Shown here piece by piece: positions 37,180 through 47,154 of a DNA stretch of 64,000 nucleotides. The notes beneath the pieces were generated by a model. The model was not told where the DNA came from, did not search any database, and worked only from the letters and a program-made list of their open reading frames with translations. The stretch's first letter is position 1; every line of letters starts with the position of its first letter. Source of the DNA: Gaiella sp. (GTDB taxonomy: Bacteria; Actinomycetota; Thermoleophilia; Gaiellales; Gaiellaceae); contig NZ_JBDSNT010000105.1 in assembly GCF_039915195.1 (NCBI RefSeq), positions 5,252-69,251 of the forward strand, in the 5' to 3' direction. The position numbers and the translations under genes are program-made.

Positions 37180-37620
37180 CTAGGACGCAGCTGCGCGGTG
37201 ACCGTGGATCGAGACGATCTCGGCCGAGTCGCCCCGCTCGAGACGCTCGAGGCGCCGATCGACACCCTGCCAGCCCGACGAGACGAGGTCGACAAGGAGG
37301 GTGAGATCGTCGAGCCGTGCGTTGCGCTCGGCGATCAGCTCCTGCTCCAGCCGCTCGAGGCGACCGATTGCGTTGTTGAGCAGGCCCTTGATCTCGGCCA
37401 GGTTGCGCCCCACGGAGAGCACCTCGCGGCGGAGCCCCTCCTGGACGGCCTCACCGACACGATCGGGAAGCGCAGCCTCAAGCGTCAGCGCCGCGGCACC
37501 GAGCGCCTCGACCTCCTCCCGTGAGCGGCGAAGTGCCGCTTCGAACCGACCTTCCTCGTTTCGGCCCTCGCGGGCCGCTGCGATCCGTTGCTTCGCTCGC
37601 TCCAGTGCCTGTTCATCCAT
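37180..37620 (-). CDS. Coiled-coil hypothetical protein, about 146 aa
   Basis: TAGCCT-N7-ATG. Heptad-rich helical sequence. Confidence 0.72.
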   Translation of the reverse strand: MDEQALERAKQRIAAAREGRNEEGRFEAALRRSREEVEALGAAALTLEAALPDRVGEAVQEGLRREVLSVGRNLAEIKGLLNNAIGRLERLEQELIAERNARLDDLTLLVDLVSSGWQGVDRRLERLERGDSAEIVSIHGHRAAAS

Positions 37621-37646
37621 GAGCACAAGGCTACTCTGGCCATCGG

Positions 37647-38585
37647 ATGAGATCCTCTGAGCTCGATTACGATCTGCCGCCCGAGCTGATCGCGCAACGG
37701 CCCGCCGACCGCCGCGACGGGTCGCGACTGCTCGTCTTCGACCGTGCAACCGGAGCCGTTCGTCACCGCCTCTTCGCCGATCTTCCGGCTGAGCTGGGAG
37801 ACAGCCTGGTCGTCATCAACGACACGAAGGTCGTGCCTGCGCGCCTCCATCTCGTGCGCGATACCGGTGGTCAGGCGGAGGTGCTACTCCTCGAACCACT
37901 CGGCGCGGGAGTCTGGGAAGCTCTCGCTCGTCCGTCACGACGCCTACGAGCAGGGGAGAGGCTCGGCCCGGTCGAGCTGCTCGAGTCGCTCGGCGAGGGG
38001 CGCTGGCGCATCCGTCTCGACGGGGAGCCGGAGGGGGAGCCGCCGTTGCCGCCGTACATCCACGAGCCGCTCGCCGACGCCGCCCGATATCAGACGGTCT
38101 ATGCGTCCGATCCTGGCTCGGCCGCGGCGCCGACGGCCGGTCTTCACTTCACACCCGAGCTTCTTGCGTCGCTGGACGTCGAGCGCGTCACACTCCACGT
38201 CGGGCTCGACACGTTCAGGCCTCTGGCGGTCGACGAGCTCAACGATCACGAGCTCCACGGCGAGCGGTATCGCGTGGCGCCGGACGCGTGGGCACGAATC
38301 GAGGCGGCCAAAAGCGTTCTCGCCGTTGGCACCACCACGGTTCGTGTGCTCGAGACGATCGCTTCGGCCGGTGATCTCGCGGGGCGAACGTCCCTCTTCA
38401 TCCTGCCCGGCTTCGAGTTTCGCCGAGTCGACACGCTGCTCACCAACTTCCACCTGCCTCGCTCGACGCTCCTCGCTCTCGTGATGGCGTTTGCGGGCGT
38501 GGATGCCGTTCGAGATCTCTACGAGCTCGCGATCGAAGAGGAGTACCGGTTCTACTCCTTCGGTGACGCGATGCTGATTCTGTGA
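37647..38585 (+). CDS. queA: SAM:tRNA ribosyltransferase-isomerase QueA
   Basis: YDLPPELIAQ, NDTKV, PLPPYI, AAPTAGLHF, VGTT, TNFHLP and RFYSFGDAM. Confidence 0.96.
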   Translation: MRSSELDYDLPPELIAQRPADRRDGSRLLVFDRATGAVRHRLFADLPAELGDSLVVINDTKVVPARLHLVRDTGGQAEVLLLEPLGAGVWEALARPSRRLRAGERLGPVELLESLGEGRWRIRLDGEPEGEPPLPPYIHEPLADAARYQTVYASDPGSAAAPTAGLHFTPELLASLDVERVTLHVGLDTFRPLAVDELNDHELHGERYRVAPDAWARIEAAKSVLAVGTTTVRVLETIASAGDLAGRTSLFILPGFEFRRVDTLLTNFHLPRSTLLALVMAFAGVDAVRDLYELAIEEEYRFYSFGDAMLIL

Positions 38586-39739
38586 CTAGCCTCGCCGACG
38601 TGACCTGTTTCACCCTCGAAGCAACCGACGGTGCGGCCCGTGCGGGGACCGTCCACACCGTCCACGGAGACATCCCGACGCCGGCCTTCATGCCCGTCGG
38701 GACGAAGGCGACCGTGAAGACGCTCCATCCACAGGAGGTCCGCGAGACCGGGGCCGCGGTGATCCTGGCCAACAGCTATCACCTCCACTTCCGGCCCGGT
38801 GAGGAGCTGATCGAGGAACTCGGCGGTCTGCACGCGTTCTCCGGATGGAGTGGCCCGATCCTGACGGACTCGGGTGGGTTCCAGGTCTTCTCGCTCCGCG
38901 ACACGCTGCTCCACGTCGACGACGGCGGCGTGACGTTCCGCTCCGTCTACGACGGCGTCGCCGACCGCTTCACACCCGCCGGGGTCGCCGAGATCCAGCG
39001 GCGGCTCGGGAGCGACATCGCGATGTGCCTCGACATCTGTCCACCCGCCCATGCGACGCTCGACGAGCACGAGGACGCCGTCAGGCGCACGACGCTCTGG
39101 GCGGGACAGCAGATCGATGCTCCCCGCGCCCCAGGCCAACTGCGATTCGGGATCGCCCAGGGCGGCACAGATCCGGAGCTCCGACGTCGCTCGATCGAGG
39201 AGATCGTGGCGCTCGGATTCGACGGCAACGCACTCGGTGGGCTCGCCGTCGGCGAGAGCCGTGCCGAGATGCTCGAGACCGTTGAGTGGGCGGCGCCCCT
39301 CCTGCCGACCGATCGACCCCGCTACTTCATGGGCCTCGGAGACGTCGAGGGGATCATCGGAGTGATCGCCGCTGGAATCGACATGTTCGACTGCGTTCTG
39401 CCGACGCGAAACGCACGGACGGGAACAGCGATGACCATGACCGGTCGGATGAACCTGCGGAATGCCCGCTATGCCCGTGATCCCCGCCCGCTCGAGGAGG
39501 GGTGCGGCTGTCCGGCGTGCACCGGATTCTCGCGCGCCTTCCTCCGTCATCTCGTGAACCAGAACGAGATACTCGGGCTCCGACTGCTTTCTCTGCATAA
39601 TCTATGGCTCGTTCATCGACTCACCGCGGGTGCGCGGGATGCGATTCGCTGCGGAGTCTTTGACGACTTCAGGGCGGCTACGCTCTCGGGGCTCACCCGT
39701 GACCCCCAGGAGGATTCGTGGATGCACTTCCGATCATAA
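38582..39739 (+). CDS. tgt: tRNA-guanine transglycosylase
   Basis: FMPVGT, DSGGFQ, GGLAVGE, DMFDCVLPTR and Zn ligands CGCPAC...H. Confidence 0.97.
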   Translation: MTSLADVTCFTLEATDGAARAGTVHTVHGDIPTPAFMPVGTKATVKTLHPQEVRETGAAVILANSYHLHFRPGEELIEELGGLHAFSGWSGPILTDSGGFQVFSLRDTLLHVDDGGVTFRSVYDGVADRFTPAGVAEIQRRLGSDIAMCLDICPPAHATLDEHEDAVRRTTLWAGQQIDAPRAPGQLRFGIAQGGTDPELRRRSIEEIVALGFDGNALGGLAVGESRAEMLETVEWAAPLLPTDRPRYFMGLGDVEGIIGVIAAGIDMFDCVLPTRNARTGTAMTMTGRMNLRNARYARDPRPLEEGCGCPACTGFSRAFLRHLVNQNEILGLRLLSLHNLWLVHRLTAGARDAIRCGVFDDFRAATLSGLTRDPQEDSWMHFRS

Positions 39740-40197
39740 TTCTGCTCTTTGGCCTCATGTACTTCCTCATGATCCGCCCTCAGCGCGCCAAGGCGCAGGC
39801 GCAGCAGCGCCTCCTCAACATGGTTGCCGTCGGGGATGAAGTGCTCACGGTCGGCGGCGTCTACGGCATCGTCCAGGAGATCGAGCCCGACGAGGACGGC
39901 GGAGACCTCGTCGTCGAGATCGCGGAGGGCATCCACGTTCGCATCGCGCGGAAGGCGGTCGCCACCGTCGTGAAGCCCGAGGACGACGAGGACGACGAAG
40001 ATGCAGAGTCCGACGAGTCCGACCAGGACGACGAGAACGACGGTGAGCCGGACGACGACGACGTTGTCGACAGCGAGGCCGAAATCGTCGAGAATGCGGC
40101 CGAACCGCCCCCGGGAGGGGTAGCGGAGGTTAACGGCGAACAAGATTCTGTAAATCCGGGTGCTGCAGAGGGAACGGCACCACCCGAGCGCAGCTAG
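39718..40197 (+). CDS. yajC: Preprotein translocase subunit YajC with acidic tail
   Basis: YFLMIRPQ and GDEVLTVGGVYG. SD GGAGG. Confidence 0.92.
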   Translation: MDALPIIILLFGLMYFLMIRPQRAKAQAQQRLLNMVAVGDEVLTVGGVYGIVQEIEPDEDGGDLVVEIAEGIHVRIARKAVATVVKPEDDEDDEDAESDESDQDDENDGEPDDDDVVDSEAEIVENAAEPPPGGVAEVNGEQDSVNPGAAEGTAPPERS

Positions 40198-40213
40198 CCT
40201 TCCCGCCGCACAC

Positions 40214-42919
40214 ATGAGCCACCGCAGAGCCATCGTCGTCGTTGCCATGGTCGTCGCCTCACTTGTCGGCGTCGGCCTCATGGTCGTTCCCTCGTCTCCG
40301 TTCCACCAGACGCCGACACTCGGTCTCGACCTTCAGGGCGGTCTCGAGATCACGAAGCAGGCGGTACCGCCGAAGGGTCGCAAGCTGACGAAGGAGGATC
40401 TCGACCGGTCGGTGACGATCATGCGCGACCGGGTCGATCGCCTCGGCGTCTCGGAGCCCGAGATCAGAACGCAGGGCGACGACCAGATCACGATCCAGCT
40501 ACCGGGCGTCAAGAACCCGGAGGCGGCTGCGAAGATCATCGGCAAGACTGCGCAGCTCGAGCTCTTCGACCTCGAGACGAGCCTCGTCTCGCCGTCGGTG
40601 GACATCAACGGCAACCCACAACCCCGCGACTCGGTGTACGGGTTGCTGGCCGGGCAGCAGTCGCTCGTCGACGGCGAATCCGATCAGTGGTGGCTGTTCG
40701 ACAAGAAGAAGAAGCTCGTCGCCGGCCCTGTCTCGACGAAGGTGAAGGCGCTCAACAAGTTCGATGGTACGTTGCCCGACGGCTACAAGCTCCTCGGGAC
40801 ACCGAAGGACACCGTCGTCATCTCGTGTGGCGTCCAGGCTGCGGTCTGCCCGGGTGTGCCCGGCGCTCCCACCACGACGGCGTACTACCTCTTCAAGTAC
40901 ACGCCGCCCACCGTGCCTCAGATGACGGGTGCCGATCTCAAGCTCTCCGGCACGCGGCAGGACTTCGACACGCAGACGAACCAGCCGATCGTCTCGCTCG
41001 AGTTCACGAACAAGGGCAGCGACCGCTTCCAGGAGATCACCCGCAACGAGTACCTGCGCGGGAAGCTCCGGAACGCACCGCAGCATTTCGCGATCGTGCT
41101 AGACCGCGAGATCAGGTCGTGGCCGCAGATCGACTACACCGACAGCTCGCTCTCCGGCGGCATCTCCGGGAATGCCCAGATCTCCGGGATCGGTGACATC
41201 CAGGAGGCGAAGGATCTCGCCCTCGTGCTCCAGACCGGTGCGCTCCCCGTCAACTTCGTCACTCTGGATCAGACCGCGATCTCGGCGACGCTCGGGAAGG
41301 ACTCGCTCGACGAGGCCAAGACCGCCGCGCTCGTGGGCCTGCTTCTCGTAGCGCTCTTCCTACTCGTCTTCTACCGCTTCCTCGGCCTTGTGGCCGTGCT
41401 CGGTCTCGGCGTCTATGCCGCGTTCCTCTACGCCGCGATCCTGGTCTTCAACGTGACGTTGACGCTACCGGGCTTCGCCGGCCTCGTGCTGACTCTCGGT
41501 GTTGCCGCCGACGCGAACGTCGTCATCTTCGAACGCATCAAGGAAGAGGCGCGAGGTGGCCGCAGCGTCAAGGCGGCGATCCAGACCGGCTACACGAAGG
41601 GCTTCGCGACGATCGTCGACGCGAACGTCGTCACTGCGATCACTGCGCTCGTGCTCTTCGCCGTCGCGACATCGTCCGTGCGTGGGTTCGCTCTGATGCT
41701 TCTGATCGGTACCGCGATCTCGATGCTCACTGCGGTGCTCGCCACGCGCGCGTTCCTCTCGCTGCTCGCCGACTCGAAGCTCCTCAACAACCCGAGGGTG
41801 ATCGGCACCTCGGGCGGCGGCATTCCGGCCTGGTTGAAGATCGACTTCATCGGCAAGCGGCGACTCTGGTTCGGCCTCTCGGCCGCCATCGTCACCGTCT
41901 CGGTGCTCTCGATCGCCATCCTCCACCTCAATCTCGGTATCGACTTCAAGGGCGGCACGCAGATCGGCTTCACGACGCCGGCGCCGACGTCGCTCACGCA
42001 GGTGCGGCTTCAGGCTGCGAAGGTCGGTCAGGGGAATGCTGTCATCCAGGGTCGCGGCCCGTCGACGAACGACACGTACAAGAGCTTCCAGATCCGCACC
42101 GAGACCCTGACGACCGACGAGTCGGCCGAGCTCACGGGGAACCTGACGAAAACCGTGGATGCCGACTCATTCGGGATCAAGAACGTCTCGGCGAGCTTCG
42201 GCCGTCAGATCGCGAAGAGCGCCATCCTCGCCATCATCGTCTCGCTCTTCCTGATCGTCGGCTACATCTCGCTGCGTTTCCAGTGGCAGTTCGCCGTCCC
42301 GGCGATCGTGGCGCTCATGCACGACGTCCTGATCACGATCGGGATCTATGCGCTCCTCGGTAGAGAGGTGTCGACCGCCACGGTTGCGGCGGTGCTCACC
42401 GTGCTCGGATACTCGATCTACGACACGATCATCATCTTCGACCGGATCAGGGAGAACATCCCGTTGATGAAGCGCGGGTCGTTCCGGCAGATCACGAACG
42501 TCTCGCTCTGGGAGACGATCCCGCGATCACTCGCAACGACGTTCATCACCTTGTTGCCGATCGTTGCGCTCCTGATCTTCGGCGGCGCGACTCTCAACGA
42601 CTTCGCGTTCGCCCTGCTGATCGGAATCGGGTCCGGTGCCTACTCGTCGATCTTCGTCGCGGCCCCGCTGCTCGACTGGATCAAGGAGCGCGAGCCCGAG
42701 TACGCTCGTCGCAGGCACGAGGATGCCGGGGAGATCCAGTCGGTCGGCGGCACCGTGCTGCTCGACGCCTCGTCAGCGACGCTCGTCACCGAGGCCGAAG
42801 AGCTGCTCGCTCCGGAGCCTCTCCCCGAGGCAGAGGCTCCAGCGAAGCCGGTCGACTCATCGGCCCGTGATCGTCGACGTGCCCGCCGCTCGAACCGCCC
42901 GCACGGCCGCGCCCGCTAA
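40214..42919 (+). CDS. secDF: Fused protein translocase subunit SecDF
   Basis: SecD motifs (LGLDLQGG, DANVVIFERIKEE) and SecF motifs (LGIDFKGG, GYSIYDTIIIFDRIRE) in one ORF. Confidence 0.96.
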   Translation: MSHRRAIVVVAMVVASLVGVGLMVVPSSPFHQTPTLGLDLQGGLEITKQAVPPKGRKLTKEDLDRSVTIMRDRVDRLGVSEPEIRTQGDDQITIQLPGVKNPEAAAKIIGKTAQLELFDLETSLVSPSVDINGNPQPRDSVYGLLAGQQSLVDGESDQWWLFDKKKKLVAGPVSTKVKALNKFDGTLPDGYKLLGTPKDTVVISCGVQAAVCPGVPGAPTTTAYYLFKYTPPTVPQMTGADLKLSGTRQDFDTQTNQPIVSLEFTNKGSDRFQEITRNEYLRGKLRNAPQHFAIVLDREIRSWPQIDYTDSSLSGGISGNAQISGIGDIQEAKDLALVLQTGALPVNFVTLDQTAISATLGKDSLDEAKTAALVGLLLVALFLLVFYRFLGLVAVLGLGVYAAFLYAAILVFNVTLTLPGFAGLVLTLGVAADANVVIFERIKEEARGGRSVKAAIQTGYTKGFATIVDANVVTAITALVLFAVATSSVRGFALMLLIGTAISMLTAVLATRAFLSLLADSKLLNNPRVIGTSGGGIPAWLKIDFIGKRRLWFGLSAAIVTVSVLSIAILHLNLGIDFKGGTQIGFTTPAPTSLTQVRLQAAKVGQGNAVIQGRGPSTNDTYKSFQIRTETLTTDESAELTGNLTKTVDADSFGIKNVSASFGRQIAKSAILAIIVSLFLIVGYISLRFQWQFAVPAIVALMHDVLITIGIYALLGREVSTATVAAVLTVLGYSIYDTIIIFDRIRENIPLMKRGSFRQITNVSLWETIPRSLATTFITLLPIVALLIFGGATLNDFAFALLIGIGSGAYSSIFVAAPLLDWIKEREPEYARRRHEDAGEIQSVGGTVLLDASSATLVTEAEELLAPEPLPEAEAPAKPVDSSARDRRRARRSNRPHGRAR

Positions 42920-42946
42920 CCAGCGTCCGCCAGTACAATCGAGGGC

Positions 42947-43282
42947 ATGGACGAGAACGGCACGGCAGCGCCGCACTCCCTCGAGCAGCTGGCTCTCGCG
43001 GCGCTCGGCTGGGCGTCCCTGACCGTCGAGGCGTCGGATGCGCTCGCCGACGATCTCGCGCGCCGCGTCGGAATCGAGCGGGATGAAATGCGTGGCGCCG
43101 TTCGTGACACCGTCGCGAGCTGGCGCGCGGAGGCCGAGAAGATCGGGTCGCTTCCGTCGGGCGCGGCCGACAGGGCATTCGACCGGCTCGGTGTCGTTCG
43201 TCGCGACGAGGCGGACGATCTTGCGCTGCGCGTCGCCCAGCTCGAACATCGTGTCCGATTGCTCGAGAAGCCCGCAACCTAG
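42947..43282 (+). CDS. Phasin-like helical protein
   Basis: LALAALG...LAVRVAQLE coiled-coil pattern, directly upstream of an ABC1 kinase. Confidence 0.65.
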   Translation: MDENGTAAPHSLEQLALAALGWASLTVEASDALADDLARRVGIERDEMRGAVRDTVASWRAEAEKIGSLPSGAADRAFDRLGVVRRDEADDLALRVAQLEHRVRLLEKPAT

Positions 43283-43308
43283 CCAAGCCCGATCATTCCC
43301 GCGACACT

Positions 43309-44949
43309 GTGACGATGGAGACCGCGCGCCCACAGCGGAGGATCGGCCGACTGTCGGAGATCGGGCGGGTCGCAACCCGACACGGCTTCGGCTACCTCAT
43401 CGACCGGCGCCGGAGCAACGACACCGCGCAGCCGGCAGACCGAGGCCGGCGGCTGCGGGAGATGCTCGACGAGCTCGGTCCGACGTTCGTCAAGTTCGGG
43501 CAGCTGCTCTCGACGCGCCCGGACGTGATGCCGCCGGACGTCGTTGTCGAGCTGCGACGGCTCCAGGACGACGTCACGCCGATCCCGTTCGCCGAGGTTC
43601 GCCGGGTCGTCGAGGAGGAGATCGGGCTGACGATCGAGCAGGCCTTCCTGAGCTTTGACGAGACGCCGCTCGCCGCAGCATCGATCGGGCAGGTCCACAG
43701 GGCCACGTTGCCGACGGGTGACGAGGTCGCGGTCAAGGTGCAGCGCCCCGAGGCTCCGCGTCAGGTGGAGTCCGATCTCCAGCTCATGCGATCCGCGGCG
43801 AAGGTCGTCCGCGAGCGCGTCCACGCTCTCGACTTCGTCGACGCGGAAGCTCTCGTCGACGAGTTCGCGCGCGCGATTCGCCAGGAGCTGGACTACAACC
43901 ACGAGGCCCGCAACGCCGAGACCTTCCGACGCAACTTCGGTGACTCGCCCGACGTTGCGGTGCCAAAGGTGATCTGGCGCTACTCGTCCGCGCGTGTCCT
44001 GACGCTCGAGTACCTCGCAGGAGAGCAGTTCGCCGACCTGGATCTCGAGGCACGGTCGATCGACGAGCGTCGTGAGCTCGCGTATCGGATGACCGAAGCG
44101 TGGATGACGATGATCTTCCGCCACGGCTTCTTCCACGGCGATCCGCACCCGGCCAACATCCTTCTCCTCGATGACGGCCGGATCGGCCTCGTCGACTTCG
44201 GGCTCGCCGGGAGGCTGACCGACGAGGACATGACGAACCTGACGCGTCTCTTCATCGATGCGGCGACCGAGAACGTCGACGCCTTGCCACGGCGGCTCGC
44301 CGAGCTCGGCCTGCGGTACCCGAAGGAGCGCGAACCCGAGCTCAAGGATGCGATCGAGGACCTGTTCTACCGCTACTACGGATCGAGCGTCTCCGACATA
44401 GACCCACTCGAGGTGATCCGGGAAGGCCTCGATCTCATCTACGCGCTCAACCTGCGCCTTCCGAGCCGGTTCGTGACGCTGGACAAGGCGATCGCAACGC
44501 TCGGGGCGGTGGGCGTCGAGCTGTACCCGGACTTCAACGTCTTCGAGGTGGCGAAGCCCTACGCGCGCCAGCTGATCGCCGAGCGGTTCTCACCGCGCCG
44601 GGTGTCGTTGCGCGCGCAGACCGAGATCCGCGAGCTCGCGGGTGTCGCCCGGGAGCTTCCCTACCAAGTGCGCGACGTGATGGAGAAGACGCGCCAGGGG
44701 AACCTCGAGATCCAGATCCGAAACCCCGGCTTCGACGATCTCAGCTATCGCATCGACCACGCCGTCAACCGCATCGCCGTTGCGCTGATCGTCCTCGGTG
44801 GGCTCGTCGGATCGTCGATCGTCGGCGTGCTCGCGAAGGACGGCCCTCACGTTGTCGGGCTCCACCTGTTCTCGTTCGTGGGATTCATGCTTTCGGCCGG
44901 GTTCGCGGTCTGGCTCGTCTGGGGCATCGCGCGGTCCGGACGGTTGTAA
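43309..44949 (+). CDS. AarF/UbiB/ABC1-family kinase
   Basis: LGPTFVKFGQ, AAASIGQVH, VKVQRP, FHGDPHPANI and DFG. Start may be ATG 43315. Confidence 0.94.
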   Translation: MTMETARPQRRIGRLSEIGRVATRHGFGYLIDRRRSNDTAQPADRGRRLREMLDELGPTFVKFGQLLSTRPDVMPPDVVVELRRLQDDVTPIPFAEVRRVVEEEIGLTIEQAFLSFDETPLAAASIGQVHRATLPTGDEVAVKVQRPEAPRQVESDLQLMRSAAKVVRERVHALDFVDAEALVDEFARAIRQELDYNHEARNAETFRRNFGDSPDVAVPKVIWRYSSARVLTLEYLAGEQFADLDLEARSIDERRELAYRMTEAWMTMIFRHGFFHGDPHPANILLLDDGRIGLVDFGLAGRLTDEDMTNLTRLFIDAATENVDALPRRLAELGLRYPKEREPELKDAIEDLFYRYYGSSVSDIDPLEVIREGLDLIYALNLRLPSRFVTLDKAIATLGAVGVELYPDFNVFEVAKPYARQLIAERFSPRRVSLRAQTEIRELAGVARELPYQVRDVMEKTRQGNLEIQIRNPGFDDLSYRIDHAVNRIAVALIVLGGLVGSSIVGVLAKDGPHVVGLHLFSFVGFMLSAGFAVWLVWGIARSGRL

Positions 44950-44959
44950 CGTCGCCCGG

Positions 44960-46063
44960 TCAGGGGGCCCGACCGGACGCCTGAAGCCTGTCGTGCCGGC
45001 GCAGCAGCTCGAGCACGGGCTCGTGGGGGAGAGCGCGCACGACGCGCCCCTCGCGGCCGGTCGTGTCCGTTGCGGCCCAGAGTGCGTTCAGGACGGACTC
45101 CTCCGTTGTCTCGACAACGGCCGAGAAGAGGGCATCAAGGTGGCCGTCGGGCACCGCTGAGCGCGTCGCACGGGTCGGAGGGGAGTCGTCGCGAGCGCTC
45201 ACAGCTGTGGAGAATGCGACGAAGATCTCGCCGCTTGCGTGATGTGCAACCGAGCCGGTTCGCGCGAGCCCGAGACCTGCTCGCCGGGCGAGGCGCTCGA
45301 GCTGCGCGGCCCCGAGCGGTGCGTCGGTCGCGACGACCGCGATGCAGCTCCCGGCGGGTGGGCGGAGTTCGAGACCGTCGCCGACGGCGGGATACATCGG
45401 CACGCCGTCGATCCGCAGATCCCGAGCCGAACCGAAGTTGGCAAGCACGAGCACGCCGACGGTCGCGTCGACCTCCGGCACGACGCGGCTCGATGAGCCG
45501 ATGCCTCCCTTCCAGCTGAAGGCGGTCATTCCCGTACCCGCACCGACACAGCCCTCGGCGATCGTTCCCCCGAGGGCGCCGGCAACAGCTCGCCCGGCAT
45601 CGGCTGCCTCCACCTGCACGGTGCGCGCGTCGTTCAGCCAACTATCGTCGCATTCGCCGACAACGGGAATGACGACGTCGTCGACGCCGACGCCCGCGTC
45701 TGCCGCGCAGGCGGCCGCCACCGCGCCGTCGAAGACGCGACCCACCGCCATCGTCGAGGTGAGGTAGATCGGCGTTTCGATCAGGCCCCATTCCGAGATC
45801 TGGAGGAAGCCGGTCAGCTCGCCGGCGCCATTGAGGGCCGTTGCGCCGGCCGGAACGCGGTTGCGAAACGTCGATCCGATGCCTGGGACGATCGCGGTTA
45901 CCCCGGTACGGGCGATGCCGCGACCCTCGGGGATCGGCGGCTCGTCGCGCACGACCGTGACATGGCCAACGAGGACACCCGCGACATCCGTAATCGCATT
46001 CGCGGCGCCAGGCTCGAGATGGCCGATTCGCAAGCCGTGCTGTCGCAGCGTCTTCGCTTCCAT
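44960..46063 (-). CDS. P1/S58 (DmpA-type) aminopeptidase
   Basis: NAITDVAGVLVGH, GAGTGM, G|SCIAVVATDAP autoproteolysis site and SGEIFVAFST. Confidence 0.9.
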   Translation of the reverse strand: MEAKTLRQHGLRIGHLEPGAANAITDVAGVLVGHVTVVRDEPPIPEGRGIARTGVTAIVPGIGSTFRNRVPAGATALNGAGELTGFLQISEWGLIETPIYLTSTMAVGRVFDGAVAAACAADAGVGVDDVVIPVVGECDDSWLNDARTVQVEAADAGRAVAGALGGTIAEGCVGAGTGMTAFSWKGGIGSSSRVVPEVDATVGVLVLANFGSARDLRIDGVPMYPAVGDGLELRPPAGSCIAVVATDAPLGAAQLERLARRAGLGLARTGSVAHHASGEIFVAFSTAVSARDDSPPTRATRSAVPDGHLDALFSAVVETTEESVLNALWAATDTTGREGRVVRALPHEPVLELLRRHDRLQASGRAP

Positions 46064-46089
46064 GGCAGCGAGACTATAGGGTCGCCGCC

Positions 46090-47154
46090 ATGGCCCTCTC
46101 GATCCCCGTGGTCTGGTCGGACGACCACCGCTTGCACGACCCGGACGCCGAGATCTGGGTCGGCATCAGGACACCTGCGGCGGAGACCGCTCCGCGGGTG
46201 GAGGCGATTCGTGACGCTCTCGTCGCGGCAGGGGCCGACGTTGTACCGGCCATTCGCCACGACGACGCGGCGATCGAGGCAGTCCATGACTCTGCGCTGC
46301 TCTCCTTCCTCGCCTCGGCGTGGCAGGAGTGGGAGCGAGCTGGGCTGCCGGAGGATCCAGGCCAGGATCGCGTCGTCCCCTACATCTTCCCTCACCCGGG
46401 CCTGCTAGGCCCGCTCGCCCCACTCGTGCCAGCGGCGACCTGGGCGCGACCGGGCGCCTTCTGCTTCGACACGATGACGCTGATCGGGCCGGGCACCTGG
46501 GAGGCGGCGCGAGGAGCTGCGGATGCCGCGCTCACGGCCGCCGACCTCGTCTCCGGCGGACGGAGCACCGTCTATGCCTGCTGCCGTCCGCCCGGTCATC
46601 ACGTGACGCGCACCGCCTACGGTGGCTCCTGCTATCTGAACAACGCGGCGATCGCAGCCGAGCGGCTCCGGGAACTCGGGGCCGCGCGGGTGGGGATCGT
46701 CGACATCGACGCGCACCACGGGAACGGGACCCAGTCGATCTTCTGGGAGCGGGCTGACGTCTTCACCGGGTCGGTTCACGTCGATCCCGAGACGGGTTGG
46801 TTTCCCCACTACCTCGGCACGGCGAGCGAGACCGGAGCCGATGCGGTGGCGGGTGCCAACCGTAACGTGCCGCTGCCACCAGGCGCCGGCGATGCCGACT
46901 GGGTGCGTGGTGTCGAAGAGATCGTGCAGGCGGCGCGGAGCAACGGCGCAGAGGCGCTCGTTCTGGCGCTCGGAGTCGATGCTGCGGGCGGCGATCCCGA
47001 AAGCCCGTTGCAGGTGACGATGGACGGATACCGGGAGGCGGGGCGTGTCGTCGTCAACTCCGGGCTGCCGTGCGTCGTCGTTCAGGAGGGCGGCTACGAT
47101 CTCGCCTCGATCGGAGAGCTCGTTCTCGCAACTCTGGAGGGAATGGATGCCTGA
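46090..47154 (+). CDS. Histone deacetylase/acetylpolyamine amidohydrolase family protein
   Basis: RPPGHH, DIDAHHGNG, GVD and QEGGY. Confidence 0.92.
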   Translation: MALSIPVVWSDDHRLHDPDAEIWVGIRTPAAETAPRVEAIRDALVAAGADVVPAIRHDDAAIEAVHDSALLSFLASAWQEWERAGLPEDPGQDRVVPYIFPHPGLLGPLAPLVPAATWARPGAFCFDTMTLIGPGTWEAARGAADAALTAADLVSGGRSTVYACCRPPGHHVTRTAYGGSCYLNNAAIAAERLRELGAARVGIVDIDAHHGNGTQSIFWERADVFTGSVHVDPETGWFPHYLGTASETGADAVAGANRNVPLPPGAGDADWVRGVEEIVQAARSNGAEALVLALGVDAAGGDPESPLQVTMDGYREAGRVVVNSGLPCVVVQEGGYDLASIGELVLATLEGMDA

